Below are positions 45,305-54,655 of a DNA stretch of 64,000 bases, piece after piece. The position numbers and the translations under genes were made by a program. The notes under the pieces were generated by a model. That model saw only the letters and a program-made list of their open reading frames with translations. It made no database searches and was not told the origin of the DNA. Location of the stretch: the IMG/VR virus record IMGVR_UViG_3300048930_000242, positions 32,001 through 96,000 of that record, one strand, 5' to 3'. The number at the start of each line of letters is the position of its first letter. Within the stretch, counting starts at the first letter, position 1. This DNA is from a virus.

Positions 45305-46045
45305 ATGGGTCTTCCAAATATCCAAGCGGCGTATCTCACCAAGCAAATCGTGCTTCCGATCTCTAACAAGAAGATCAAGATCCGTCCGTTCTTGGCCAAA
45401 GAAGAGAAACTGATGCTGATGGTGAAAGAATCTCAGAATCCGGACGAGATCGCCGACATTATCTGCCAGGTGATGGACGCCATCTGTCTCGGAGAGATCA
45501 AGACCAAGGAACTTCCCGCGCCGGACACCGAGGCGCTTTTCTTGGCGGCAAGATGCCTCTCAAAAGGAGAGACGTCCGAAGTGACCTATATCTGTCGGGC
45601 GAAGGTCCCAGACCTGAATAAGCCCGGAGAGATGAGAACATGCTCCACTCCGGTGCCTATGGAGATCCGACTCGACGACGTGAAGGTGGTGATTCCAGAA
45701 GGACATACCAAGACGGTGAAGATCACCGGCACTCCTTTCGCTATTAACTTCAGGTATCCTACTCTGGCGGATTCAGCCGGAGTAGAGAAGAATCAAGATC
45801 CTTTCGAGAACGTAGTGAAACTGATCGAGTCGGTTTCTAATCTGGAGACCGGTGTGGTCTATGATGACTTCACCAAAGAAGAACTGAATGAATTCTTGGA
45901 CAGCCTTCCATTTGGATTCATGGCCGAAGCAGCAAATCAGTTTCTCTCCACGATGCCGACTCTATCCAAGAAGATCAAGTTCAAATGCCCATCCTGCGGA
46001 CACGAAGAAGACATCACGGTTAGAGGGTTGACCAATTTTTTCTGA
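45305..46045 (+). CDS. gp26: Baseplate hub assembly chaperone
   Basis: IRPFLAKEEK.ML, RYPT, MPTL, CPSCG, GLTNFF* end. Confidence 0.88.
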   Translation: MGLPNIQAAYLTKQIVLPISNKKIKIRPFLAKEEKLMLMVKESQNPDEIADIICQVMDAICLGEIKTKELPAPDTEALFLAARCLSKGETSEVTYICRAKVPDLNKPGEMRTCSTPVPMEIRLDDVKVVIPEGHTKTVKITGTPFAINFRYPTLADSAGVEKNQDPFENVVKLIESVSNLETGVVYDDFTKEELNEFLDSLPFGFMAEAANQFLSTMPTLSKKIKFKCPSCGHEEDITVRGLTNFF

Positions 46046-46075
46046 TCAGCGCCTTTAACGACTCGATAAGGGCGC
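46036..46075 (+). promoter_or_regulatory. -1 ribosomal frameshift signal (T TTT TTC, 6-nt spacer, 9-bp stem-loop)
   Basis: GCGCCTTTA-ACGACTCGA-TAAGGGCGC after the slippery heptamer. Confidence 0.75.
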
Positions 46076-46254
46076 ATTATACCTTGAACTTCTTTTTGGT
46101 CAAGGAATATGGTATCACACCAGAAGAGTCCGAGAATATGCTTCCGTTCGAAAGAGAAATCTATATGGGACAGGCGATGAAGGACTTGGAAGCAAGAAGA
46201 AGAGCAGCAATCAATGCCGCCCGTGGCGGACAGTGGACTGAGTTAGGAGCGTAA
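46042..46254 (+). CDS. gp51-like small ORF in the -1 frame, lacking its own start; absent from the ORF track
   Basis: LISAFNDSIRAHYTLNFFLVKEYGITPEESENMLPFEREIYMGQ...; in-frame TAG at 46021. Confidence 0.8.
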   Translation: MISAFNDSIRAHYTLNFFLVKEYGITPEESENMLPFEREIYMGQAMKDLEARRRAAINAARGGQWTELGA

Positions 46255-46258
46255 CTAA

Positions 46259-48748
46259 GTGGCCGAACAACAGCAAAACGACAAGTTCCGTAAAGAGGTC
46301 TTGGCTTATCTCAAGAAGCAAGATTACGGTTCTCAGCGCCTTGGCCCGTTCAAGTCGAATCAACAAGGCAATGAAGAACTTGCCAAAATCCTTATGGACC
46401 TTCAGGACAAGTCTTTTGAAGAGGACACTGAATCACTTGGAGTCCTGGGCAAGGAACTGTCCGAGAAACTCAAGGAGCTGAATGAATCCGCTCTGATGGG
46501 CGATGCCGCCTCTCAGGCCATTTTGCTGGATCAATTGACTGCCTACGAGAATATGATTCCTCTTCTTGAGGAAGGGAATGCCGCTCAGAAGCACGCTAAA
46601 GAGATGCTTGGAATGATGTATAAGGATTCCAAGGCGGCGATGAAACAGAACTCGAAGTTCTATAATCGACTTGTCGAGGGCGCGAAGTCCTTGATGCCGG
46701 CTGCATCCGGCTTCTTGACCGCAATGACCGCCAAGTCTCCAATTGCGGGTGCGATGGTGAACTTCGCCTTGGAGAAGTTCCAGGCCCGTCAGAGACAGAA
46801 AGAAGACGCCAAGGAGCAGGCGGTCAAGTCCTTGATGAAGACTTTTGGAGCGATGGGAACGGCGTCCAGTCCGACCTCTCCAATGCGTGTGCCAAGCGCT
46901 CCATCTACAAGTTACCAGGACCACACCAACGACCCTGAGTTCCAAGCCGGCATCGAGGAAGGCATCATTGAGGAACTTCAGAAGCTGAACACTCAGCAGA
47001 TGGAGGAGCTAAAGACCAAGCTGACCGAACTGTTCGATGTGAACGAAGAGGAACTCGACTCCATTGAGCGGATCGCTCAGTTCTTGGCTCCGATCGCCTC
47101 CGAAGAGGCCACAATGGAAGCCGAGCGCCAAATGGACGAGCAGACCAGAATCCTCCAGTCGATTGCGAAGAACACCGGAGAGGCCGCCGATCCTAAGAAG
47201 AAAGATGGCGCCGGTGGAATGTTGGCCAATCTGCTCGGCTTGGCCGACATGAAGGCCGCGTTTGACATGCTGAAGGGCGCCGGCCTGATGATGTTTGGGT
47301 ATGCCAAGAATCTGGCCAAGCTTTTCTCGAAGTGGGCTATCCCAATCACTCTGGCCGTGGGCATTGGCAAAGGCCTTTACGGTGGCATCAAGAAATGGAT
47401 GGACGGAGGCACATTTGCCGAGGCACTGGCGACCGGTCTTACCGATGCCGGAGATCTCCTCCTGGACATCTTCACATTTGGCTACGCCAACGAAGTGAAG
47501 AAATGGTTCTCCGAGAAAGGCACCGACATTCTCGATCCAATCTTCGAGGCCTATGATTCGATCACTCTCTTCATCTCGGATTCGATGACCACGATTGTCG
47601 AGACATTCCAGAAGCTGAAGAAGTCGATCGGAGGAATGATCACCGACGCCTCGGACATTATTGATGCCATCTCCGAAGGAGGTTTGGACGCCGGTTTCGC
47701 GAAGGCTCAGGAAGTTTACAATCGCCGAAACAATATTCCGCAAGTGAATGTTGCCGGAAACGCCGGAGTGGATTCTCTTGGGAGAGATTCGGCATTTGGG
47801 AAAGCCCACCAAGAGAGGATGGATCGGACCGGCAATCCAAAGTTGATGTCCGCTCGGAAGCGTCGTGAAATGAAGGCTCTTGAAGAGCAGAACCAGGCGG
47901 CCGCGCCTGCCTCGACTTCTCCAGCCAGAGTTCCATCTATAAAGGCGACGACTGCCGAAAAACAGCAAGCCATGTTTGACATCATGGAAGCATCCGAGAA
48001 AGTTGGGGTGAATCCAGAATACATGATGAAAATAACTAAGCAGGAATCTGGATTTGATCCGAAAGCGCAAAATCCAAAATCTTCGGCCGGAGGCCTATTC
48101 CAATTTTTGGATGCTACTTGGCTTGAAATGATGGACAAGAATGCGGCAAAGCATGGAATTGACACGAGTCAAATGTCCAGAGATCAAATTCTGGCCATGA
48201 AGAAAGATTCAAAAATCAACTCGTTAATGGGAGCCGAATTCGCCAAGCAGAATGAAAAGACCATTGGGTCTAGTGATATCGGAGATCTCTACCTTGCTCA
48301 TTTTGCCGGAGCTGGGGCAGCTAAGAAATTGATTTCTGGCGCCGATCCAAGAGAGGCGTTTGGGAAAAATTACAATGCAGTGATGCAGGCGAATCCGTAT
48401 ATCCAAGGACTTGATTCGACTGGAATCAGAAATTGGGCTGCCAATAAAATGGACGGCCCATCTTTGACCGCTCCCGTTATTGGGGCACCTGCGGCCGAAC
48501 TAGCAACCAACGTGACTCCAAAGGCGGAGGCCAATGTAAATGCTCTGGAAAGCGCGTCCACGAAGGTCAAGGCCGACGAGACGATTTCCAGAGCGAAGGT
48601 CGAGTCGAAGAACTCTCAGGTCAACATCCAGAACAACAAGATCGCTGGTGCGTCAAGCGGCGGTGGTCCTCCATCCGGAGGAACCGGTGCGAACTCTCCT
48701 CGTCACTTGGACCCAACAATCGAGAAGTTCTCTCCGTTGTTGACTTAA
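46259..48748 (+). CDS. Tape measure/hub protein (gp29-like) with SLT domain
   Basis: Long helical protein; QESGFDPKAQNPKSSAGGLFQFLDATW, YLAHFAG. Confidence 0.8.
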   Translation: MAEQQQNDKFRKEVLAYLKKQDYGSQRLGPFKSNQQGNEELAKILMDLQDKSFEEDTESLGVLGKELSEKLKELNESALMGDAASQAILLDQLTAYENMIPLLEEGNAAQKHAKEMLGMMYKDSKAAMKQNSKFYNRLVEGAKSLMPAASGFLTAMTAKSPIAGAMVNFALEKFQARQRQKEDAKEQAVKSLMKTFGAMGTASSPTSPMRVPSAPSTSYQDHTNDPEFQAGIEEGIIEELQKLNTQQMEELKTKLTELFDVNEEELDSIERIAQFLAPIASEEATMEAERQMDEQTRILQSIAKNTGEAADPKKKDGAGGMLANLLGLADMKAAFDMLKGAGLMMFGYAKNLAKLFSKWAIPITLAVGIGKGLYGGIKKWMDGGTFAEALATGLTDAGDLLLDIFTFGYANEVKKWFSEKGTDILDPIFEAYDSITLFISDSMTTIVETFQKLKKSIGGMITDASDIIDAISEGGLDAGFAKAQEVYNRRNNIPQVNVAGNAGVDSLGRDSAFGKAHQERMDRTGNPKLMSARKRREMKALEEQNQAAAPASTSPARVPSIKATTAEKQQAMFDIMEASEKVGVNPEYMMKITKQESGFDPKAQNPKSSAGGLFQFLDATWLEMMDKNAAKHGIDTSQMSRDQILAMKKDSKINSLMGAEFAKQNEKTIGSSDIGDLYLAHFAGAGAAKKLISGADPREAFGKNYNAVMQANPYIQGLDSTGIRNWAANKMDGPSLTAPVIGAPAAELATNVTPKAEANVNALESASTKVKADETISRAKVESKNSQVNIQNNKIAGASSGGGPPSGGTGANSPRHLDPTIEKFSPLLT

Positions 48749-49134
48749 GTGTTCGGATCTTTCGGAAGACTCTTGACCTCAGAGATGATGTAGTCACAAG
48801 CAGCTCCGATCGTCCTGATGATCAGCGAGACCGCTCCGTAGAGAAGAGCGGTCCCGAAGCAGAGAATAGCGATCGGAGCACTCTTCAACAGGAACGCTGC
48901 CAGAAGAGTCAAGATCAAAAAGAAGTACTTCATCCCTATCGAGATCTTGTAGTGCTGGAAGAGATCTCGTGGGATCACTCGGACCTTGGTGAGGACTCCG
49001 CCGATCTTGGCGATCCTGAATGTGGCTCCGATGTCTCCAACATGTGGGGTGAGAGAAGTCTGGACATAATGCTCGGAGAACTGAACCCCGTCGATGACCA
49101 CGATTTCATTTGCCTTGTCGTGAACGATTTCCAT
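48745..49134 (-). CDS. Hypothetical membrane protein
   Basis: Two TM segments. Confidence 0.55.
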   Translation of the reverse strand: MEIVHDKANEIVVIDGVQFSEHYVQTSLTPHVGDIGATFRIAKIGGVLTKVRVIPRDLFQHYKISIGMKYFFLILTLLAAFLLKSAPIAILCFGTALLYGAVSLIIRTIGAACDYIISEVKSLPKDPNT

Positions 49135-49145
49135 TGCGTCCTCTG

Positions 49146-49913
49146 TTAGTCGATGTAAAGGCGAGAGAGCGAACGAATGTCCACGATGGTCCCGGGCTCT
49201 TCTTCAGCTCGGCGGAAAAGCTCATCGATTGCCAGAGCGATCTCGTCGAACAGTCTTGGACTTGGAGTAAAGCCATAGCGGATGTACTTGCTTGTTCGCT
49301 TCAGTGTCGCCACCGGATATTCGAGTGCATTGATTCGGAGAGCCGAATTCAAGGCATCGGAGACCGAGAGAAGTCTGGTGTAGATTATCAATGGGCTGTC
49401 CGAAGAGACTGCGAACTGGCAGACCGTGAAATCAAACGAGTCGATCAGGTCGAAAATCGAGGAATAGAACCGCGGAGTGATCAGCTGAATCTTGATCTCT
49501 GGTTCGAATTCCTTGATTGTCTCACTTGGAATCATATTGGTGAGAGTTCCTTTCGGACAAACAAACGAAGTGACGAAGCCTCGCTCGGTCAGAAAGTTCT
49601 TGGCATTCTGGAATGCTTCGTCTCCAGTGAAGAAGATGTCATAGTCGTTTGGGGTCTTCCGACCGGAAGCCATCTCACGAGCGGCTCCTCCGCCGATGAA
49701 AAGACCTTTGACATTGCTGATCAAATCGATCACAATCGGAGGAATCTGAGAATAGTTGGCGACCAGAGTCACCGGCAGGTTGCTCTTAGTGAGCAGCTCT
49801 AGGTCTTCCGGAGTCGGCTTGGCCTTTCTGGAGAGATACCCAATATCAGAGAGCAGCGGATTCGGGTCACCGTAGGTCAAACGAAGGATTGGCTGGTTCA
49901 CGTGTTTCTCCAT
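49146..49913 (-). CDS. Nucleotidyltransferase (CCA-adding/poly(A) polymerase head-like)
   Basis: IGGGAARE...NDYDIFF...IQLI...SFDFTVCQ. Confidence 0.8.
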   Translation of the reverse strand: MEKHVNQPILRLTYGDPNPLLSDIGYLSRKAKPTPEDLELLTKSNLPVTLVANYSQIPPIVIDLISNVKGLFIGGGAAREMASGRKTPNDYDIFFTGDEAFQNAKNFLTERGFVTSFVCPKGTLTNMIPSETIKEFEPEIKIQLITPRFYSSIFDLIDSFDFTVCQFAVSSDSPLIIYTRLLSVSDALNSALRINALEYPVATLKRTSKYIRYGFTPSPRLFDEIALAIDELFRRAEEEPGTIVDIRSLSRLYID

Positions 49914-49923
49914 TATGTAATGC

Positions 49924-49952
49924 AGCGGCTAGGATCTCCTAGCCGCTTCTGT
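49924..49952. terminator. Hairpin after gp32
   Basis: AGCGGCTAGG-ATCT-CCTAGCCGCT. Confidence 0.6.
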
Positions 49953-49965
49953 TCACTCACCGATG

Positions 49966-50868
49966 TTACTTGTTCGCCATTGCCTCGAACAAGGCCAATG
50001 GATCGTCTTCATCGGGAAGAGTAGCCGGAGCACTCGCCGGAGCGGCCTTCCGTGGTTCTTCGGAACGACCGGCCGAAGGAGCCGGCTCGGAGCGTTCGAC
50101 CGACTGACGCTGAGAAGGAGCGGCAGCGGCACCAGTCACCTGGTTCAACTTCGCCGTGAGCTCTTCCTTGGTCTTGTACTTGCTAGGAGCGGTGAACTCG
50201 TCCAGGTTGTGACACTGGCGCCAGATCTTCTCGATGAAGTCATCATCGCCCATCGCCGACGGAGCCTCGAACTTGGACTTGTCGTACTTGGTGTTACGAT
50301 CCTTGTCCTTGTAGATTCGGAGGTTGAAGTTGGCACCGCCCCATGGATCGAAGGCGTCGATGATCGGCTCGTCAGGGAACTCCGGCTTCTGAGCGGCCAT
50401 CAGCATGTTGAAGACCGTCGGACCGGACTTGAAGATTCGAACGGTGCCGTTGTCTTCCGGATTGGCCGGGTGCGAGATGACCAGGATGTTGTAGTAATAG
50501 GTCAGCTTGCGCTTCCGGTTCCTGGCGATCTGCTTGTCGGTCTCGAGACCGGTCGCCCAGAGACCAGAGTTGGCCTCGCAGACCGGGCACTCTTTGCCGA
50601 TGGTGGTCGGACATTCCTCGATGAACCACTTGCCGCCCGGACCTTGGAACCCGTGGGAGTAGGCCTGATTCCAGTGGAGGCTCTTGCCTTCTGCGGCCGG
50701 GAGGAACCTGATGATTGCGAAACCGGAACCCTTGTCGTCGACCTTCGGATAGAACATCCGAGCATCTTCGGTTCGGTCATAGGTCTTCTGGCCACCGAGA
50801 GCACCAGTCTGGACTCCGGATGCCACCTGAGATACACGCTTTCTTAGTTCTGAAATAGAGCTTGCCAT
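49966..50868 (-). CDS. gp32: ssDNA-binding protein
   Basis: AIIRFLPA, WFIEECPTTIG..CPVC, GANF.L, YDKSKF, acidic tail. Confidence 0.96.
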   Translation of the reverse strand: MASSISELRKRVSQVASGVQTGALGGQKTYDRTEDARMFYPKVDDKGSGFAIIRFLPAAEGKSLHWNQAYSHGFQGPGGKWFIEECPTTIGKECPVCEANSGLWATGLETDKQIARNRKRKLTYYYNILVISHPANPEDNGTVRIFKSGPTVFNMLMAAQKPEFPDEPIIDAFDPWGGANFNLRIYKDKDRNTKYDKSKFEAPSAMGDDDFIEKIWRQCHNLDEFTAPSKYKTKEELTAKLNQVTGAAAAPSQRQSVERSEPAPSAGRSEEPRKAAPASAPATLPDEDDPLALFEAMANK

Positions 50869-51551
50869 TCGTCTTCTTCCTTTTGGTTAGCCTGTTGGGA
50901 TTTACCCTGATCGGCGTTGCTTAGAATTTGCTTTTGTCTCTGGACATCAATATGGCGTTGCGCCATCTGCGCTCCTTTCCGGACCAGAGACTCTCCGAGG
51001 AAGGACCTGTATCTATCCAAGATGTAAAGTGATTGCTTGAATCTGATGTTACATTGTACCATAAGAGTGGGCCACATGTCCAGTACTTCTATCACTGAGA
51101 TGATCATCTCAGGACACTTGAACCAGTAGTTGAAGATGGATGCATCCAGGTTGAACGGATTCAACCCCAGCCACTCAGTGACCTTGAGTTCACCATAGGC
51201 TAGCTGGTTACCGAGGACCATGACATCATCTCGGACGACCGCGTCGATGTTCGCCCAGTTAGTTCGAAGAGTCTCCGGAAGAGAAGGCTTGGAGGTAAGA
51301 AGATTGATCGCCGAGAGCGGAGCCCACTCCTCATCGGAGTAATGGATCTTCAGATGAACGAAGATCGCAATGGCATCTCCAACTGTCCGGCATTTCCGGC
51401 CAATGATGCCGAACACCGGATTCTTCGACTGAGGACCAGTGAGTGCTCCACGGACTCTGGCTTTCGACTCTCGGATGTCGTACTTTGAGCTTGGGTCAAA
51501 ATGGAGTTCGACCGCTCTGTAGGCTTGGTAGGCCTCTGGTCCGGTGATCAT
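50844..51551 (-). CDS. Helicase loader gp59-like
   Basis: EAYQAYRAVELHF...KYD; adjacent to gp32. Confidence 0.7.
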   Translation of the reverse strand: MITGPEAYQAYRAVELHFDPSSKYDIRESKARVRGALTGPQSKNPVFGIIGRKCRTVGDAIAIFVHLKIHYSDEEWAPLSAINLLTSKPSLPETLRTNWANIDAVVRDDVMVLGNQLAYGELKVTEWLGLNPFNLDASIFNYWFKCPEMIISVIEVLDMWPTLMVQCNIRFKQSLYILDRYRSFLGESLVRKGAQMAQRHIDVQRQKQILSNADQGKSQQANQKEEDEWQALFQN

Positions 51552-51560
51552 GTTTCATCC

Positions 51561-52580
51561 TTAAAGTGCTCTCATCAGAAGTCGCAAATATCTTGGGCCG
51601 GTGTCGGCTCCGGTGGTTCCACGGAATTGGAAATTTGCCTCATATTGCTTGTCTTTAACTTTGACCTTGCATTTGATATTGGCGTACTTTCTTTTGCCGG
51701 CCTCTGGATACACATACGAGTTTGCGTCGAGTCCGGAGATGCTTACCGGAATCTTTGAAGCTCCGATATTCAGCACGTTCACCGAGTTGGTTCTCTTCTT
51801 ATGCACGATCGTGACATGAGTTCCTAGAGATTGGCTGATGAGATTCTCGAGATTTGATTTCACTCTGGAGAATCTTCCTGGGTTAGAAGTAGCATCCGAG
51901 AGATATTCTGGTCCGAAGCCGGCCAATTTCTTTCCTTCAAATCCGAAGAACTCTCCAATGGCCTTTTTTGTGCTCGGACTCTTGAAGTACTGGAGCACTC
52001 CGGCATTGATGAGGTAATAGGACTCGGACATTTTCAGCGAGACATAAATCTTCTTGCCCTTTGAAGAAACCAAAGTAAGGTCGGTAAGAGTCTCTCCGGT
52101 AGAATTCTGGACGACCAGATTGTTGCCTTGCATCACCACGCCGCGCTTCTGATTCTTGGAGCCTTCGGCTTGAATCTTCCATTTCTCATCTTCGGAATTC
52201 GGCTTGAGTCCAATCTCGTCGACCATCGCCTTGATCACGTCTGGATGTGCAAACTCAATCTCGCCGCCGTTGAAATAGAACTCGAGGTCCTTGGCGAGTT
52301 GCTTCTCGAAGTCCAGGCCGCCGGCGCCTTTCGCCTTATGCGGCTTATAGATGATGTCGATGCCGTTCCATGAGGGCACAACGGTAACATCCATCGAAGA
52401 AGACTTCGACTTCTTGGCAACCGACTGGTGAGCAATCGACTCTTTTCGGAGGTACTCTTCAACGATTTTCTTGGCCGTCACTCGGTCCTTGGACTTGACC
52501 ACAATGTCCTTCTTCCGAAGCTCGACCACATCTCCAGGCTTCACCTTGTCCTTGAGGACATTCACCAACTCGATTGACAT
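51561..52580 (-). CDS. Putative PD-(D/E)xK-fold nuclease
   Basis: GLDFEKQL ... LTDLTL ... YVSLK; Lys-rich. Confidence 0.55.
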   Translation of the reverse strand: MSIELVNVLKDKVKPGDVVELRKKDIVVKSKDRVTAKKIVEEYLRKESIAHQSVAKKSKSSSMDVTVVPSWNGIDIIYKPHKAKGAGGLDFEKQLAKDLEFYFNGGEIEFAHPDVIKAMVDEIGLKPNSEDEKWKIQAEGSKNQKRGVVMQGNNLVVQNSTGETLTDLTLVSSKGKKIYVSLKMSESYYLINAGVLQYFKSPSTKKAIGEFFGFEGKKLAGFGPEYLSDATSNPGRFSRVKSNLENLISQSLGTHVTIVHKKRTNSVNVLNIGASKIPVSISGLDANSYVYPEAGKRKYANIKCKVKVKDKQYEANFQFRGTTGADTGPRYLRLLMRAL

Positions 52581-52606
52581 TACTCTCGCCTATTTTAGAC
52601 AGCCTA

Positions 52607-52618
52607 CATCTATTTATG
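52607..52618 (-). promoter_or_regulatory. Late-promoter-like CATAAATAGATG
   Basis: Upstream of the nuclease gene. Confidence 0.5.
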
Positions 52619-52673
52619 CCGGCGAGCTAGCCGTCCTTACCTAGGTTGACCACACGCTTCTCGAGTGATTTTC

Positions 52674-52943
52674 TTAACGCTTTTCACTTTGAACCTCCTT
52701 GAAGAATTCGGCAAGCATTTCTTTCTCTCGAGACTCCGGCTTCAAGAGCCGCATCTTGGTCGCCTCGAGGTGGAAAAGAGCCAGGATTTCCGGTGTGAGA
52801 TACTTCGGGATGTCGGTTTGCTCCAGTCCAAAGACCTCGGCCTCTTCAAGAGCCGACTCGAGCATCGTATGGCCGGTCTTCACATGTCGCTCATGGACCG
52901 CTCTGGAGTAGATTGTCGCTAGTCGCTTAAGGTTGCGCTTCAA
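52674..52943 (-). CDS. Late transcription coactivator gp33-like
   Basis: MLESAL...IPKYLTPEIL....EA..MRLLK; synteny 33-59-32. Confidence 0.7.
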   Translation of the reverse strand: MKRNLKRLATIYSRAVHERHVKTGHTMLESALEEAEVFGLEQTDIPKYLTPEILALFHLEATKMRLLKPESREKEMLAEFFKEVQSEKR

Positions 52944-53187
52944 CTTGGATCTCCTTCATTGGTGGCCTGGACTGATAGGCTTTCGCTCGGTACTCTATTT
53001 TCACGCCATTGGCGCAGAAGATGTAAAGCAAAACCGTATCGGCGTCCTTATAGCCGGTGTTGTAGATTGAGTAAAGGCCACCGTTCGAGGCGCAGATAGC
53101 TTCACCTTGTTTGACATGCCACGAATTGATGAAGTCTCCGGCGCAAGCTCCGAGGAAAAGCAGACAGAGGATCAGGAGAGCCTTCAT
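52927..53187 (-). CDS. Predicted lipoprotein
   Basis: MKALLILCLLFLGA-C. Confidence 0.6.
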   Translation of the reverse strand: MKALLILCLLFLGACAGDFINSWHVKQGEAICASNGGLYSIYNTGYKDADTVLLYIFCANGVKIEYRAKAYQSRPPMKEIQVEAQP

Positions 53188-53729
53188 GTCATCCTCACAT
53201 ATTTCTCGTACTGGTAAGGGAACTCGTTGTCCTCATCGGCCGGAAAGAGATTCGACTGATCGACGCATTTGAACTGGAAGAGCGGAACCTCCCAGTAAGC
53301 GCTGTTGATGGCGAACGAGTGACGTGAGTGAATCTTGGTCCGGTAGATGGTGTTCACCAGTGGAACAAGCATGTCGAAGACCCTGGTGCCACCGATGACC
53401 CAGATAGACTTGTCGTTGTCGAAGGCGATTTCGTCCTTGAGGAACTCGATAGCCGCCTTCGGCCCCATCATGCACTGGTTGTTGACGTTACAGCACTTAT
53501 AGTCATCGCCGAACTTTCCGGAGATCGTCACCAAGTATCGACCTGGGAGACCGGTCTTCGGAAGAGTCTCTCGGGTTTTCCGGCCCATGACGAGGATTGG
53601 CATAGAAACACCGTCATGCCTCTCGCTGGTCAATCGCTTGAACCTGGCGAGGTCGGCCTTCTGTTTCCACGGAAGACCACCATTGACGCCAATGAGGTTG
53701 TCCAAGTCCGAGGCGAATATCAAGTTCAT
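53184..53729 (-). CDS. frd: Dihydrofolate reductase (start corrected to 53729)
   Basis: IGVNGGLPW..ADLARFK, VMGRKT, LPGR, WVIGG. Confidence 0.93.
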   Translation of the reverse strand: MNLIFASDLDNLIGVNGGLPWKQKADLARFKRLTSERHDGVSMPILVMGRKTRETLPKTGLPGRYLVTISGKFGDDYKCCNVNNQCMMGPKAAIEFLKDEIAFDNDKSIWVIGGTRVFDMLVPLVNTIYRTKIHSRHSFAINSAYWEVPLFQFKCVDQSNLFPADEDNEFPYQYEKYVRMT

Positions 53730-53834
53730 GTCTTTCCTCTTTGGTCTTGTCTCTCTTGGCGAGAAGCCGCCAAGAGCTGAAGCTTCTCTTCTCTCCTTTC
53801 TAGGAGTATACTCTTGTCTGCAAGGTACTCTTTT

Positions 53835-53879
53835 ATTGTACCCTAGACGAGTGCTCTTGTCCAGTAGAGAATTGTAACA
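53835..53879 (-). promoter_or_regulatory. Early promoter TTACAATT-N6-TGGACA-17-TACAAT
   Basis: Member of the repeated promoter family. Confidence 0.8.
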
Positions 53880-53892
53880 AGTTGTAACAGCC

Positions 53893-54471
53893 TTAGGAGT
53901 TCCATTCCTCACGCAGATGGCCATTGATCATTCGAATAGCCTCTCGACGGTGCTTGCTCTTGAAGGTCTGATTCCAGCCTCGGCCGGTCTTCACGAGCGG
54001 CTTCATCAACTCGACCGGCATGACACCGACGTCGAATCCGTAGAGCGGGAAATACATCGATTTGCGACCTTCCGCTTCACGAGACCAGACAGTCCCGCCA
54101 AAGCGATCGATGTAGGTCTCCTTGAGCATCAGACCATGAAGGCCGTCGAAGACATACACTCTGCCGCGGAGCATAATGGTAAGAACCACGTGGCAGAAGT
54201 CTACGCAATTGTTGTTCCAGAAGTCTACCGTGTTCTTACGTTTTGGAGAGGAATTGATCATCTCAAGAGCTCTCTTGAAGTGCCGATCATGCTCGACATC
54301 GTCAAAAACTGTCAGGCCGATCACATTGAACGGAAGAGCCTTGGCGACCTCGACGGCGAAGAAAGCACATCCGCCGGAGTTCAAACACCAATTGAGTTCT
54401 GGGTTCCTCAAGATACCTTTGTGGAGAGCGATCAATTTCTCTTCCATTTCGGCTTCGGTCTTGATGATCAT
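53893..54471 (-). CDS. Hypothetical, possible papain/transglutaminase-like C-H-D protein
   Basis: NSGGCAFFA ... HVV ... FDG. Confidence 0.5.
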   Translation of the reverse strand: MIIKTEAEMEEKLIALHKGILRNPELNWCLNSGGCAFFAVEVAKALPFNVIGLTVFDDVEHDRHFKRALEMINSSPKRKNTVDFWNNNCVDFCHVVLTIMLRGRVYVFDGLHGLMLKETYIDRFGGTVWSREAEGRKSMYFPLYGFDVGVMPVELMKPLVKTGRGWNQTFKSKHRREAIRMINGHLREEWNS

Positions 54472-54503
54472 CTTTGTGAACCATTGCGGTTGATGTTAGG
54501 TTG

Positions 54504-54548
54504 ATTCTAACACAATGAAACGTGGATGTACAGCCTTGAATTGTAAAC
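54504..54548 (-). promoter_or_regulatory. Early promoter GTTTACAATT-N6-TGTACA-17-TAGAAT
   Basis: Repeated family. Confidence 0.8.
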
Positions 54549-54573
54549 TTGAGTTACGAATGAGTCACCATGC

Positions 54574-54648
54574 TCCACGCCTACGGAACCCTAGTGAGGT
54601 GATCCGAACTGGCAATCACCTTTGCTTCTAGAATCCCGTAGGCGTGGA
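54574..54648. ncRNA. Long imperfect intergenic stem-loop, candidate structured RNA
   Basis: TCCACGCCTACGG/CCGTAGGCGTGGA outer stem; CTAG/CTAG and AGGTGAT/ATCACCT inner stems. Confidence 0.4.
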
Positions 54649-54655
54649 TAGGTGG

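Noticed and set aside
53730-53924. N-terminal extension of DHFR in the ORF track
   Set aside because: It spans the promoter and a leader hairpin; the DHFR fold starts at MNLIFASD, which has an SD
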